A DNA stretch of 64,000 bases from Malacoraja senta. Its lineage: Eukaryota. The DNA lies in assembly GCA_038087875.1 (NCBI GenBank), contig CM075997.1:4900001-4964000 (forward strand), given 5' to 3'. The notes below the pieces were generated by a model. That model was not told the DNA's origin and did not search any database. It was given only the letters and a program-made list of their open reading frames with translations. Positions 30,325-43,737 of the stretch are shown here, in pieces; the stretch's first letter is position 1, and each line of letters begins with the position of its first letter. The translations under genes and the position numbers were made by a program.

Positions 30325-30526
30325 CTGTTTCTTAAACGATGCGACAGTCCCAGCCTTAACTACCTCCTCTGGCAGCTTGTTCCATACACCCACAGCCCTT
30401 TGTGTGAAAAAGTTACCCCTCTGATTCCTATTAAATCTTTTCCCCTTCACCTTAAACCTGTGTCCTCTGGTCCTCGATTCCCCTACTCTGGGCAAGAGAC
30501 TCTGTGCATCTACCCGATCTATTCCT
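30325..30526 (-). mobile_element. HER1-like CR1 fragment
   Basis: GIDRVDAQSLLPRVGESRTRGHRFKVKGKRFNRNQRGNFFTQRAVGVWNKLP. Confidence 0.85.
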
Positions 30527-31363
30527 GCGTTTCGCTCTAAAGTGTTGATTATTGTAGTGGTGCAAGAGTTCCTGCTTGACTCCGTGTTGCTGTTTAACGG
30601 AATGCAACTAATTAGAAATGTCTTCAGTTTTACAGTAGCTCTGTTGACGTCTGAACTCTCTCTGACCTCCCTCTGGGCTTGAACTGCGCTAACCAGGCGG
30701 ACCGTGGACATCAATCGCCTCTCTGGGTTGCAATTTGACCTCCTCCTCCACCCCCCCCCCCCACCCCCCTCCACCTTCCCCCCTCCCTCGGGGTCACCAA
30801 GCCGCGGGAGCTGGGACCGCTGCGGTGCCGGGGCATCTTGTAGCCGGGGACACAGCGTCGCTGCGGGGACACAGCGCTGTCTAGCGGAGATAGACACAGA
30901 GTAACTCAGCGGGACAGGCAGCATCTCTGCACTCATAATGTCAAGGAGCCCCGGAGTGACACAGCGTGGAAACAGGCCCTTCTTCTCAGCCCAACTTGCC
31001 CACACCAGCCAACATGTCCCATCTACACATAGACACAAAAAGCTGGAGTAACTCAGCGGGACAGGCAGCATCTCTGGAGAGAAGGAATGCCCCTTCTTCA
31101 GACCATTCTCCACCCGAAACGTCACCCATTCCTTCTCTCCAGAGATGCTGCCTGTCCCGCTGAGTTACTCCAGCATTTTGCATCTATCTTCCGTTTAAAC
31201 CAGCATTTGTAGTTCCTTCCTACACAAGTCCCAGCTACACTAGACCCACCTGCCTGCGTTTGGTCCATATCCCTCCAAACCTGCCCTATCCATAAAGGAT
31301 ATTCATTTAGGTCACATATTCCTTTATAAGTAATAAGGAGAAAAGGAGTAGGTGACATTTCAG

Positions 31364-31584
31364 TGTTTAAGAAGGAACTGCAGATGCTGGAAAATCGAGG
31401 GTAGACAAAAGTGCTGGAGAAACTCAGCGGGTGCAGCAGCATCTATGGAGCGAAGGAAATAGGCAACGTTTCGGGCCGAAATGCCTGAAGTCTGAAGAAG
31501 GGGTTCGGCCTGAAACGTTGCCCATTTCCTTCGCTCCATAGATGCTGCTGCACCCGCTGAGTTTCTCCAGCACTTTTGACTACC
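31364..31584. mobile_element. Penelope-like subfamily B fold-back (palindromic) insertion
   Basis: Inverted arms meet at the hammerhead motif; 15-bp TSD TAGGTGACATTTCAG. Confidence 0.9.
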
Positions 31585-31611
31585 TAGGTGACATTTCAGG
31601 TTGAGACCCTT

Positions 31612-31866
31612 CTTAGGCAACTGAATCATCCTACCACAACCAGAGAACAGCGCGGAACTACTATCTACCTCTTTGATCATCCTCGGACTATCCTTGATCG
31701 TATTTTACTGGCTTTACCTTGCACTAAACGTTATTCCCTTGTCATGTATCTATACACTGTGAATGGCTCGATTGTAATCATGTATTGTCTTTCCGCTAAC
31801 TGTTTAGCACGCAACAAAAGCTTTTCACTGTGCCTCGGTACAACACGTGACAATAAACTAAACTGC
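31612..31866 (+). mobile_element. Rex1/Babar 3' UTR
   Basis: Matches the 3' UTR of the 7712-8180 copy. Confidence 0.8.
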
Positions 31867-32012
31867 AACTGATCTGAAACTTCATGCTGAGAGTCAGGGG
31901 AAAGGGCAACGAGAGATATAAAATCAGTGATGTAGAGAGATACAGAACAAATTAATGAAAGATATACAAAAATGTAAGGATGATAAAAGAAACCGGCCAT
32001 TGTTAGCTGTGT

Positions 32013-32518
32013 AGACAAAAATGCTGGAGAAACTCAGCGGGTGCGGCAGCATCTATGGAGCGAAGGAAATAAGCAACATTTCGGGCCGAACCCCTTCTTC
32101 AGACTGATGTGAGGGTGGGGGAGGGGGAGGGGGGGAAAGAAGAAAGAAAGAGGTGGAGCCAGTGGGCTGAGGGAGAGCTGAGAAGGGGAGGAGAAAGTAA
32201 CTACCTGGAATTAGAGAAGTCAATGTTCATACCGCTGGGGTGTAAACTACCCAAACGAGATACGGAGGTGCTGCTCCTCCAATTTATGGTGGTCCTCACT
32301 CTGGCTATGGAGGAGGCCCAGGACAGAAAGGTCGGATTCGGAATGGGAGGGGGTTGAAGTACTGAGTCACCGGGAGATCAGGTTGGATATTGCGAACCGA
32401 GCGGAGGTGTTGGGCGAAGCGATCGCCAAGCTACGCTTGGTCTCACTGACGTAGAGCAGCTGGCATCTAGAGCAGCGGATGCATTAGGTGAGGTTGGAGG
32501 AGGTGCAGGTGAACCTCA
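32013..32518 (-). mobile_element. Penelope-like subfamily B with degenerate GIY-YIG, nested in a subfamily A copy
   Basis: TSD GTTAGCTGTGT; minus strand resembles FTCTSSNL..CIRCSRCQLLYVSETKR. Confidence 0.8.
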
Positions 32519-32579
32519 GTTAGCTGTGTGATAGGTGAAAATGAATTACAGACAACGAGACTCAACAAGACGACTTTGA

Positions 32580-33290
32580 GTAGGAAGGAACTGCAGGTGC
32601 TGGTTTAATCCGAAGATAGACACAAAATGCTGGAGTAACTCAGTGGGACAGGCAGCATCCCTGGAGGAAAGGAATAGGTGACGTTTCGGGACGAGACCCT
32701 TCTTCAGACTGAGAGTCGGGGAGAGGGAAACGAGAGATACAGACGGTGATGTAGAGAGATATAGAACAAATGAATGAAAGTTATGCAAAACAGTAACGCC
32801 GATAATGGAAACAGGCCATTGTTAGTTGTGGGCTAGGTGAAAATGAGTTGCAGACAATGAGACTCAACAAGCCGACTTTGAAGCTGGTACGACGGGTGGG
32901 GGAGGCACGGAGACAGAGAGGGGGGATGCAGGGGTTACTTGAAGTTAGAGAAATCAAAATTCATACCACTGGGCTGTCAGCTGCCCAAGCGGAAATATGA
33001 GATGCTGTTCCTCCAATTTGTGTTTAGCCTCACTCTGACAATGGAGGAGACCGAGGACAGAAAGGTCAGTGTGGGAATGGGAAGGCGAATTAAAGTGTTT
33101 AGCAACTGGGAGATCAGGTTGGTCCAGGCGGACTGAGCGAAGGTGTTCAGTGAAACGATCGCCCAGTCCACGTCTGGTCTCGCCGATGTATAAGAGTCTA
33201 CATCTTGAACAATGGATACAGTAGATGAGGTTGGAGGAGGTGCAAGTGAACCCCTGCCTCACCTGAAACGACTGTCAAACTAGCATCTGC
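32580..33290 (-). mobile_element. Penelope-like element (Neptune type, subfamily A): GIY-YIG endonuclease domain, 3' UTR and hammerhead motif
   Basis: ORF 32954-33262 FTCTSSNLIYCIHCSRCRLLYIGETRRGLGDRFTEHLRSVR...HFNSPSHSHTDL...KLEEQHLIF. Confidence 0.92.
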
Positions 33291-33934
33291 AGTTCCTTCC
33301 TACACAGCCGTCCAGCACAGCCCTATTGCATGGGTGGCAAAGAAAGCTACAGAAAGCCCAACACACCACCAATGGCACCCTCCCTCACATTCGGCCCATC
33401 TAGTTCTCTGCTGGACACTAAAGTGCTGGAGTAACTCAGAGGATCAGGGAGCATCTCTTGAGGATGGACAAAATGTAGAAAGAAAGAACTGCAGATGCTG
33501 GTTAATACACAAAAGGACAGACACAAAGTGCTGGAGTAACTCAGCGTGTCAGGCAGCATCTTTTGCAGAACAGCTCTAGCCAGCATCAGCAGTTTCTTCA
33601 ATTTCCACTGGATCTCAGAACTATCCCACCCTCTCACTGTTGAGCAACTCAGTAGGTCAGGCAGCATCTCTGGAGGAAACATTTTGGGTTGGGACCCTTC
33701 TTCAGACCCATACATCACCTCAGACACAAGGGTCTTGACCCGAAACATCAACCATTCCTTCTCTCCAGAGACGTCGCCTGTCCCGTTGAGTTACTCCAGC
33801 ATTTTAGGTCTATCTTAGTCCAAACCTAGCCTACACTAACCAATTAACCCACCAGAAGTTCTTTGTGAAGATAGACACTAAATGCTGGAGTAATTCAGCG
33901 GGACAGGCAGCATATCTGGAGAGAAGGAATGGGT

Positions 33935-33962
33935 GACGTTTCGGGTCGAGACCCTTCTTCAG
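33935..33962 (-). ncRNA. Minimal (Penelope-type) hammerhead ribozyme motif, consensus copy
   Basis: Reverse complement reads CTGAAGA-A-GGGT-CTCG-ACCC-GAAAC-GTC. Confidence 0.65.
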
Positions 33963-34489
33963 ACTGGGTTGTTCATAGGGAGAAGTCATAGAATCATAGT
34001 CATAAAAGCACGGCAACAGGCCCTTCGGTCCAACTCGTCCATGCTGACCGAGATACCCCATTAAAGCTAGTCCCGTTTGGCCCATATCCTTCTAAAACCC
34101 TTCCTAACCATGTATCTATCCTAGGTGGGCTAAAAAATACTGGATAACCTCAGCGGGTCAGGCAGCATCTATGGAGGAAAGGAGTAGGCAACATTTCGGG
34201 TCGAGAACCTTCTTCATCACCTCCGTCTGATGGAGTGTTGGAGAGGCAATTTGCAGCAGCCAATTAATCTACAATCGTCTTTGGGATATGGGAGGGAACC
34301 GGAGCACCCGCGGGAAACCCACACTGTCACCGGGAGCACGTGCAACCTCCACACGGACAGCACGGGAGGTCAAGATACTGCAAGGTTACAGCATACTGCA
34401 AGGTTACAGCATTACCTGCTGTGGGACTGATCCACCTTCAGTAAGGTTGATGAATGCAGGCGAGAGATGCCACGTATAAGCGCCCTCTC

Positions 34490-34786
34490 TGGCGCAGCGG
34501 TAGAGTTGCTGCCTCACAGCGCCAGAGACCCGGGTTCCATCCCGACTACAGGTGCTGTCTGTCCGGAGTTTGTACGTTCTCCCCGTGACCTGCGTGGGTT
34601 TTCTCCGAGATCTTCTGGTTTCCTTCCACACTCCAAAGACGTGCAGGTTTGTAGGTTAATTGGGTTGGTTATAAATGTAGAATTATCCCTAGTGTAGGAT
34701 AGAGGTAATGTGCAGGGAGCGCTGGTCGGTGTGGACTCGGTGGGCCGAAGGGCCTGTTTCCATGCTGTATCTCTAAACTAAACTAA
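34490..34786 (+). mobile_element. HE1-type SINE
   Basis: A/B boxes, core, tail. Confidence 0.9.
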
Positions 34787-35196
34787 TGCTGTGCCATGGG
34801 ACCTTTTCCATCCATCTGAGGGAACAGAGCTCGATATCAACAGCACATTCCTCTTGCTGTTATACTACAGAGACAGCCAGAACCTTGTGGGCTCCGCTGA
34901 ACATGAGCGGAGACATATGACATGTCTGAGCATCAGCTGAACCTTGTGACTCAACGACAATTCACCAGAAGCCAAGAGTCAAGAGAGTCAAGTCAAGAAT
35001 GTTTTTTAGTCATATGTCTCAGATAGAACAATGACATTCTTACTGGCAGCAGCACAACTCAATATGTAAACACAGTACTCTGTAAACAGTATAATACACG
35101 AGAGAGAAAAGTTCAGTGTGTGTATATATACACATACTCACATATACACATATATAGATCATATATATACACGCGCGCGCACCATACGTACACAAA

Positions 35197-35285
35197 AGAG
35201 AGAGAGAGAGAGAGAGACAGGGAGGGAGAGAGAGAGAAAAAAGAGAGAGAGAGAGAGAAGGAGAGAGAGAAGGAGAGAGAGAGAG

Positions 35286-35332
<47 letters not shown>

Positions 35333-35563
35333 AGGAAGGAAGGAAGGAAGGAAGGAAGGAAGGAAGGAAGGAAGGAAGGAAGGAAGGAAGGAAGGAAGGA
35401 AGGAAGGAAGGAAGGAAGGAACGAAGGAAGGAAGAAAGGAAGAAAGGAAGAAAGGAAGAAAGGAAGAAAGAAAGAAGGAAAGAAAGAAGGAAAGAAAGAA
35501 GGAAAGAAGGAAAGAAAGAAAGAAAGAAAGAAGGAAGGAAGGAAGGAAGGAAGGAAGAAGAAA

Positions 35564-35609
<46 letters not shown>

Positions 35610-35654
35610 AGGAAGGAAGGAAGGAAGGAAGGAAGGAAGGAAGGAAGGAAGGAA

Positions 35655-35692
<38 letters not shown>

Positions 35693-35785
35693 AGGAAAGA
35701 AAGAAGGAAAGAATGAAAGAAAGAAAGAAAGAAAGAAGGAAGGAAGGAAGGGAGGAAGGAAGGAAGGAAGGAAGAAAGGAAGAAA

Positions 35786-35839
<54 letters not shown>

Positions 35840-35903
35840 AGGAAAGAAAGAAAGAAAGAAGGAAAGAAGGAAAGAAAGAAGGAAAGAAGGAAAGAAGGAA
35901 CGA

Positions 35904-35935
<32 letters not shown>

Positions 35936-36037
35936 AGGAAAGAAGGAAAGAAAGAAGGAAAGAAGGAAAGAAGGAAAGAAGGAAAGAAAGAAGGAAAAGG
36001 AAAGAAGGAAAGAAAGAAAGAAAGAAAAAAAGAAATA

Positions 36038-36093
<56 letters not shown>

Positions 36094-36150
36094 AGAAAGA
36101 AAGAAGGAAAGAAGGAAAGAAGGAAAGAAAGAAGGAAAGAAGGAAAGAAG
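35197..36150. repeat. Purine-only (GA)/(GAAA)/(GGAA)n tract, about 950 bp
   Basis: Direct reading. Confidence 0.95.
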
Positions 36151-36814
36151 GAGCCGTCAGTATCATTCACTGATGGCGATATGGAACGAGCTGCCAGAGG
36201 AGGTGGCTGAAGCATGTACTCCAGCAGCATTTAAAGGCATTTGGACAGGTACATGGATAGCAAAGGGTTAGATGGATCTGGGCCTAACACAGGCAAACTG
36301 AGCTACAGGGAGATGTTGAGCAGGCTGGGACATTAGAAAGTCCTTGGCTGGAGTGCAGGAGGATGAGGGGTGATCGGATAGTGTAAAAGATCAGGTGAGG
36401 AATAGATAGGGTAAATGCACATAGTCTTTAACCCAGAGTAGGGGAATCCTGCAGGTCTTTGGAGTGTGGGAGGAAACCGGAGATTCTGGACAAAACCCAC
36501 GCAGGTCACGTGCAGAACTCCATACAAACTCCGTACAGACAGCACAGGTGGTCGGGATTGAACCCGGGTCTCTGGCGCTGTGAGGCAGCAACTCTACCGC
36601 TGCGCTACCGTGCTGCCCTTTTTCTGAGGATGTGGACAATCCACAGGCACCGTCATTCCCGCTCACCTTTCAGCTCCACCATCTTGAAATTTTCCCTGCT
36701 CTGTCAGATAAATAACGAATAAAAATCCATTAACTTTGAGTAGGAAGGAACTGCAGATGCTGGTTTACACCATAGGTAGATACAAAATGCTGGAGTAAAC
36801 TAAGCACAATCCAA

Positions 36815-37884
36815 AGCCCCTGTCCCACTTTCCCGAGTTACTCACGAACTCTCCCGAGTTTTCCCCTTGATTCAAACTCGGAGAATTACAGTAATAGCCA
36901 GCTGTAGATACTCGGGGCTATTTTTAAACTCGTGGACATTTTTCAACATGCTGAAAAAACATCCCGACTTACCTGATGCCCCGAGTACCTACGGCTGGCA
37001 TTACGAGCCGCTAGGAAATATCTACGGACTCCTACGGACTCACTACAGACATTCTCTGAGTTTGAATCAAGGGGAAAACTCGGGAGAATTCGTGAGACAA
37101 TAGACAATAGACAATAGATGCAGGAGTAGGCCATTTGGCCCTTCGAGCCAGCACCGCCATTCAATGAGATCATGGCTGATCATCCCCAATCAGTACCCCG
37201 TTCCTGCCTTCTCCCCATATCCCCTGACTCTGCTATTTTTAAGAGCCCTATCTAACTCTCTCTTGAAAGCATCCAGAGAACCGGCCTCCACCACCCTCTG
37301 AGGCAGAGAATTCCACAGACTCACCACTCTCTGTGAGAAAAAGTGTTTCCTCGTCTCCGTTCTAAATGGGTTACTCCTTATTCTTAAACTGTGGCCCCTG
37401 GTTCTGGACTCCCCCAACATCGGGAACATGTTTCCTGCCTCTAGTGTGTCCAAGCCCTTAACAATCTTATATGTTTCAATGAGATCCCCTCTCATCCTTC
37501 CAAACTCCAGAGTGTACAAGCCCAGCTGCTCCATTCTCTCAGCATATGACAGTCCCGCCATCCCGGGAATTAACATTGTAAACCTACGCTGCACTCCCTC
37601 AATAGCAAGAATGTCCTTCCTCAAATTAGGGGTCCAAAACTGCACACAATACTCCAGGTTTGGTCTCACTAGGGCTCTGTACAACTGCAGAAGGACCTCT
37701 TTGCTCCTATATTCGATTCCTCTTGTTATAAAGGCCAACATGCCATTCACTTTCTTCACTACCTGCTGTACCTGCATGCTTACTTTCATAGACTGATGTA
37801 CAAGGACCCCCAGATCCCGTTGTACTTCCCCTTTTCCCAACTTGACTCCATTTAGATAGTTGCTCGGGAAGTGGGACAGGGGCT
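36815..37884. mobile_element. PIF/Harbinger-type MITE with a CR1 inserted near its right end
   Basis: AGCCCCTGTCCCACTTTCCCGAG ... CTCGGGAAGTGGGACAGGGGCT|TAA. Confidence 0.85.
37096..37860 (-). mobile_element. CR1 LINE, young 5'-truncated copy
   Basis: Uninterrupted 216-aa ORF QRDLGVLV..LYRALVRPNLEYCVQFWTP..TRGHSL..WNSLP; (CTATTGT)n tail. Confidence 0.95.
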
Positions 37885-38163
37885 TAAATGGGATTGTTAT
37901 ATGGTCATAAGGTCATAAGTGAATTAGCCCACTTGGCCCATCAAGTCTACTCCACCATTCAATCATGGCTGATCTATCTCTCCCCCCTAACCCCATTCTC
38001 CTGCCTTCTCCCCATAACCTCTGTCACCCATTCTAATCAAGAATCTATCGATCTCCACCTTAAAAATATCCATTGTCCTGGCGCCCACAGCCGTCTGTGC
38101 AAAGAATTCCACAGATTCACCACCTCTGACTAAAGTTCACATGTGCAACAATGAGGGTGGATT

Positions 38164-38191
38164 CTGAAGAAGGGTCTCGACCCGAAACGTC
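38164..38191 (+). ncRNA. Minimal (Penelope-type) hammerhead ribozyme motif, consensus copy
   Basis: CTGAAGA 38164-38170, stem II GGGT/ACCC, GAAAC, GTC 38189-38191. Confidence 0.65.
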
Positions 38192-38624
38192 ACCCATTCC
38201 TTCTCTCCAGAGATGCCGCCTGTCCCGCTGAGTTACTCCAGCATTTTGTGTTTATGTCCCGTTTACTTTGTGCTGAGCTTATCACATCGTAAACAGGAAT
38301 TGTTTCCCTGGCCCCGAGCCCTGCCACGACGGTGAACATAACAAAAGCACTCGACAAATAGTTCAGAAACAGAAAATGCTTGGTATGCACTCCCATGTTG
38401 GCAGCATCAGTGGGGAGAGAATGAGCCAAGCGTTCCATCAATGATCAACCGTTCATTGGAGTTAATTGAAACATTTGCTTCACTCTCAAAAGTACCATAG
38501 TTTAGCAGGGAGATTGAGATGGGGGCGATTCTCTCGAAATGCAATTAAAAAATAAATGTAGTTGCTCTAAATGTGGATATTTAAGCATAGATAGATTTTG
38601 GGGCATTAATTAATATTTAAATAA

Positions 38625-38962
38625 GTTCATAAGTGATAAGAGCAGCATTAGGCCATTCGGCCCATCAAGTCTACTCCGCCATTCAATCATGGCTGATCTA
38701 TCTCATCCTCCTTAACTCATTCTCCCCATAACCCCTGACACCCGTGCTATAATCAAGGATCTATCAATCTCTGCCATAAAAATATCCGTTGACTTGGCCT
38801 CCACAGCCTTCTGTGGCAATGAATTCCACAGATTCGCCACCCACTGAGTAAAGAATTTCCTCCTCATCTTCCTAAAGAGACGTCCTTTAATTCTGAGGCT
38901 ATGACATCTGGTCCTAGACTCTCCCACTGGTGGAAACATCCTCTCCACATCCATTCTATCCA
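38625..38962 (-). mobile_element. CR1 LINE 3' end
   Basis: ORF 38712-38963. Confidence 0.85.
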
Positions 38963-40312
38963 AATATTATAGGTTTTATGCGTATGTTTTTTTAAGAGGC
39001 ACAGCATGGAAGCAGGCCATTCGGCCCTCCAATTCTACATGGTTCTATGTTATCCCACTTTCTCATCCACTCCCTACACAATAGCAACAATTTACAACTA
39101 ACCTTCTAACCCGCACGTCTTTGTGGTGTGGAAACTCACACGGTCACAGGGAGAACGTGCAAACTCCACACAGACAGCACCCGAGGTCAGAATCGAACCC
39201 GGGTCTCTGGCCCCGAAGGAAGGCACAAAGTGCTGGAGTAACTCAGCGGGTGAGATCGCAATTCTGGAGAACATGGATAGGTGACATTTGGGGAACGGGA
39301 GTAAAAATATTTGGCTACTGGGAGATCACATCGGCCACGGCCAAGGAAAGGCTACTGTGTTCCTTCTGATGAGGACAAAGAGATTTGAACGTACGCACTA
39401 CCAGATTCAAGAACAACCTCTTCCCTGCTGCAATTAAGCTCATGAACGGATCTCCCATATGCTTAGAGCGTATTTCCGATCTGCCAACCAACCCAGTTGC
39501 CATCCTTTCACTTTTTTAAATTGGCACTTTCTCTGCAGCTGTAACACTATATCCTGCACTTTGTTTCATGTCCCTTTTCACACTACCTATTGATCTTGTA
39601 CATGGTTTGACTCCACTCAGGCATGGCATGATCTGCCCGGATTGCTAACAAAACGAAGTGCTTTATTACAGGAACAAAGAACTACAGAGGCTGGTTAATA
39701 CACAAAGTGTCTGAGTAACTCAACAAGTCAGGCAGCATCTCCGGAGATCATGGATAGATGACGTTTTTGGTCAAGACCCTTCGTCAGTCTTGCAAGGTCT
39801 TGACCCAAAATGTCAACGTGCCACTGTATCTTGTTACACGTGACAATCCGTGGAATTCTCTGCCTCAGAAGGCAGTGGAGGCCGATTCACTGGATGCATT
39901 CAAAAGAGTGTTAGATAGAGCTCTTAGGGCTGGCGGAATCAAGGGATATGGGGAAAGGGCAGGAACGGGATACAGATTGTGGATGATCAGCCATGATCAC
40001 CTTGAATGGCGGTGCTGGCTCGAAGGGCTGAATGGCCTACTCCTGCACCAATTTTCGATGTATATATGTATGAAATAAACAAATAGCAAAACATGCACAT
40101 GAATGCAAAAATTGAACATGGCTATGATTGTTCTGTAATTGGTTACGTTAGATTTTAGAGATACAGTGTGGAAACAGGCCCTTTGAATCCCTGATTCTGT
40201 GTGCTATAGTAACTCAGCAGGTTAGGCAGCATCTCTGGAGGACCAGGATTGGTGACACTTCTGTCAAGTCTGCAGAAGGGTCTCGACCAAAAACATCACC
40301 TATCCATGTTTT

Positions 40313-40824
40313 TTGCTATTGAGGGAGTGCAGCGTAGGTTTACAAGGTTAATTCCCGGGAAGGCGGGACTGTCATATGCTGAGAGAATGGAGCGGCTGGG
40401 CTTGTACACTCTGGAGTTCAGAAGGATGAGAGGGAATCTCATTGAGACATATAAGATTGTTAAGGGTTTGGACACGCTAGAGGCAGGAAACATGTTCCCG
40501 ATGTTGGGGGAGTCCAGAACCAGGGGCCACAGTTTAAGAATAAGGAGTAAGCCATTTAGAACGGAGACGAGGAAACACTTTTTCTCACAGAGAGTGGTGA
40601 GTCTGTGGAATTCTCTGCCTCAGAGGGCGGTGGAGGTGGGTTCTCTGGATGCTTTCAAGAGAGAGCTAGATAGGGCTCTTAAAAAATAGCAGAGCCAGGG
40701 GATTTGGGGAGAAGGCAGGAACGGGGTACTGATTGGGGATGATCAGCCATGATCACATTGAATGGCGGTGCTGGCTCGAAGGGCCGAATGGCCTACTCCT
40801 GCACCTATTGTCTATTGTCTATTG
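40313..40824 (+). mobile_element. CR1 LINE 3' part
   Basis: AIEGVQRRFTRLIPG...WNSLPQRAVE; (CTATTGT)n tail. Confidence 0.92.
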
Positions 40825-41262
40825 TCATGTTCTCCTGAGCTGCTGCCTGACCCGCTGATTTACTCCAGCACTTTGTGTCCTTTTATTTATCGCACTTATT
40901 TTCCTTTTTTAAATTACATTAGCTATTGTGTACTATGTTTACAAACCTACTGTGCTGCTGAAAGTAAGAATTTCATTGATCTGTTTCGGGGCATAGAACA
41001 ATAAAACACTCTTGACTCTTAAACCATGTAACAGAGTTGTGTGTAGGAAGGAACTGCAGATGCTGGTTTACACCGAAATAGACACAAAATGCTGGAGTAA
41101 CTCAGCGGGACAGGCAGCACCTCTGGAGAGAAGGAATGGGTGACTTTTCGGGTCGAGACCCTCTATCTAAACAAAACTAAAATTCCTAGCATCTAACATT
41201 TCTTTGCATTGCGATGAACATTTTGGACTTATGATACTTCCACATCGACCCGTAGATAGCCC

Positions 41263-41995
41263 GAAGATAGACACAAAATGCTGGAGCAACTCAGTGGGTC
41301 AGGCAGCATCTCTGGAAAAAAGGAATAGGTGACATTTCGGGTCGAGTCCCTTCTTCAGACTGAGAGTCAGGGCAGGGGAGAGGGAAACGAGAAATATAGA
41401 CGATGATAGAGAGAGATATAGATGTGTACTTGTCAACATGGGTCCCAAAATATACATTTTCAGTTGACCGCTTGAGCAGCTTACAGCCCAGTGGTATGAC
41501 TTTTGATTTCTCTAACTTCAAGTAACCCCGGCATTCCCTCTCTCTCTATCCCTTCCCCACCCAAGTCACACCAGCTTCTCATTTTCACCCAACAAACAGC
41601 TAACAATGGCCAGTTTCCTTTATCATCGTTACTTTTTTACATATCTTTCATTCATTATTCTTTATCTCTCCACATCATCGTCTATATCTCTCGTTTCCCT
41701 TTCCCCCCGACTAATCTGCAGAAGGGTCTCGACCCAAAATGTCACCCATTCCCTCTCTCCAGAGATGCTGCCTGTCCCGCTGTGTTACTCCAGCTTTTGT
41801 GTTACTTCCAGCTTCTTCCTGCCCCCCCCCCCCCACCCTTACATTAGTCTGAAGAAGGGTCTCGACCTGAAACGTCGCCTATTTCCTTCGCTCCATAGAT
41901 GCTGCCTCACCCGCTGAGTTTCTCCAGCATTTATGGCTACCTTTGATTTTCCAGCATCTGCAGTTCCTTCTTGACCAGCTTTTGTGTCTATCTGT
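41263..41995. mobile_element. Penelope-like subfamily A inverted pair, with a nested subfamily B end (41803-41974)
   Basis: Opposite-orientation pseudo-LTR sequences; 13-bp TSD CCAGCTTTTGTGT around the B insert. Confidence 0.8.
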
Positions 41996-42044
41996 TTTCT
42001 ATTGATTCCTTTATTAGTGTTTTATTTTGCAAAGATAAAATTTA

Positions 42045-42273
42045 ACACACTACACTACACACACATAGGGACAATTTACATTTAAACCAAGCAAAATAAC
42101 CTGCAAACCTGTATGTCTTTGGAGTGTGGGAGGAAACAGAAGATCTTGGAAAACCCCACCCAGGTCACGGGGAGAATGTACAAACTGGGTACAGACAGCA
42201 CCCGTGGTCAGGATGGAACCCGGGTCTCTGGCGCTGTGAGGCAGCAACTCTACCGCTGCACCACCGTGCCGCC
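42045..42273 (-). mobile_element. HE1-type SINE (5' two-thirds)
   Basis: Reverse-complement head and core. Confidence 0.85.
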
Positions 42274-42530
42274 CATCTCTGAAGAACATGGATAGGCGAC
42301 GTTTTAACAGATGCGCTACAATGCTGAGAACTTTATTCTCCACTCTGTATCTTTCCCTTCACTCGATCTACTGTATTTGAGTTTGCTGTGATTGTATTCC
42401 TGTACTATATCATCTAATTTGATTGGATTGAGTGCAAAACAAGCTTTCCACTGTACCTACGATATCTATTCCACTGTACCTCGATACACGTGACAAAAAC
42501 AGCCTGAACCTAAAACTAAACCAAGGGTGG

Positions 42531-42676
42531 GTTTCTACTGAGGGTCAATGTTTCTACTGAGGGTCAATGTTTCTACTGAGGGTCAATGTTTCTACTGAGG
42601 GCCAATGTTTCTACTGAGGGCCAATGTTTCTACTGAGGGCCAATGTTTCTACTGAGGGCCAATGTTTCTACTGAGG
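42531..42676. repeat. 19-bp minisatellite GTTTCTACTGAGGGYCAAT, about 7.7 copies
   Basis: Head-to-tail units with no spacers. Confidence 0.95.
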
Positions 42677-42751
42677 TTCTCCTGAGAACAATTGACCATT
42701 GTGGCTTCTTTAGGCATCAGTGCTAATTCTTGCGTTGTTCTGAACCTGGTA

Positions 42752-43395
42752 AAACATAGAAACATAGAAAATAGGTGCAGGAGGAGGCCATTCGGCCCTT
42801 CGAGCCAGCACCGCCATTCATTGTGATCATGGCTGATCGTCCCCTATCAATAACCCGTGCCTTTACCTTCTCCCCATATCCCCTGACTCCTCTAGCCCCT
42901 AGAGCTCTATCTAACTCTCTCTTAAATCCATCCAGTGACTTGGCCTCCACTGCCCTCTGTGGCAGGGAATTCCATAAATTCACAACTCTCTGGGTGAAAA
43001 AGTTTTTTCTCACCTCAGTCTTAAATGACCTCCCCTTTATTCTAAGACTGTGGCCCCTGGTTCAGGACTCGCCCAACATTGGGAAAAATCTTCCTGCATC
43101 TAGCTTATCCAGTCCTTTTATAATTTTATATGTTTCCATAAGATATCCCTTCATCCTTCTAAACTCCAGTGAATACAAGCCTAGTCTTTTCAATCTTTCC
43201 TCATATGACAGTCCCGCCATCCCAGGGATCAATCTTGTGAACCTACGCTGCACTGCCTCAATCACAAGGATGTCCTTCCTCAAATTAGGAGACCAAAACT
43301 GTACACAATACTCCAGATGTGGTCTCACCAGAGCCCTATACAACTGCAGAAGTACAACCAGAGCCCTATACAACTGCAGAAGAACCTCTTTACTC
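42752..43395 (-). mobile_element. CR1 LINE 3' part
   Basis: LYRALVRPHLEYCVQFWSPNLRKDILVIEAVQRRFTRLIPG; (TTTCTATG)n tail; small internal duplication near 43328-43382. Confidence 0.92.
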
Positions 43396-43737
43396 ATGCC
43401 ACTCGTTTCCCTCTCCCCTGACTCTCAGTCGGAAGAAGGGTTTTGACCCAAAACGCCACCTATTCCTTCTCTCCAGAGATGCTGCCCATCCTGCTGAGTT
43501 ACTCCAGCACCCTTGTGGGTGTCTACTGAGACTCTCTTGGAGAGGTTGCCTGGCTGCCTGGTTCTGTTCCTTCCGTATGCTGTGGTCCATCCACCTTCAC
43601 CAGTTACTGTGCTGCAGAGTCTGGCACAATCCGCGGGGAATATTGGAGCGTGTCTAAGAAAGATTGAAGTTTGATGATACTGTTGCGGGTTCTTACTCTT
43701 GGGGTGATATCTCTTCCCATGTTGGAGGGGTTTGTTA

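Noticed and set aside
29887..31125. 412-aa minus-strand ORF
   Set aside because: A chance read-through across Penelope, CR1 and SINE pieces and unique DNA, with no coherent domain.
35040..36230. KER-rich and FLS-rich ORFs of 300-400 aa
   Set aside because: Polypurine microsatellite translations.
42531..42676. CRISPR-like array (TTTCTACT recalls Cas12a repeats)
   Set aside because: Units are head-to-tail with no unique spacers, there are no cas genes, and the context is vertebrate.
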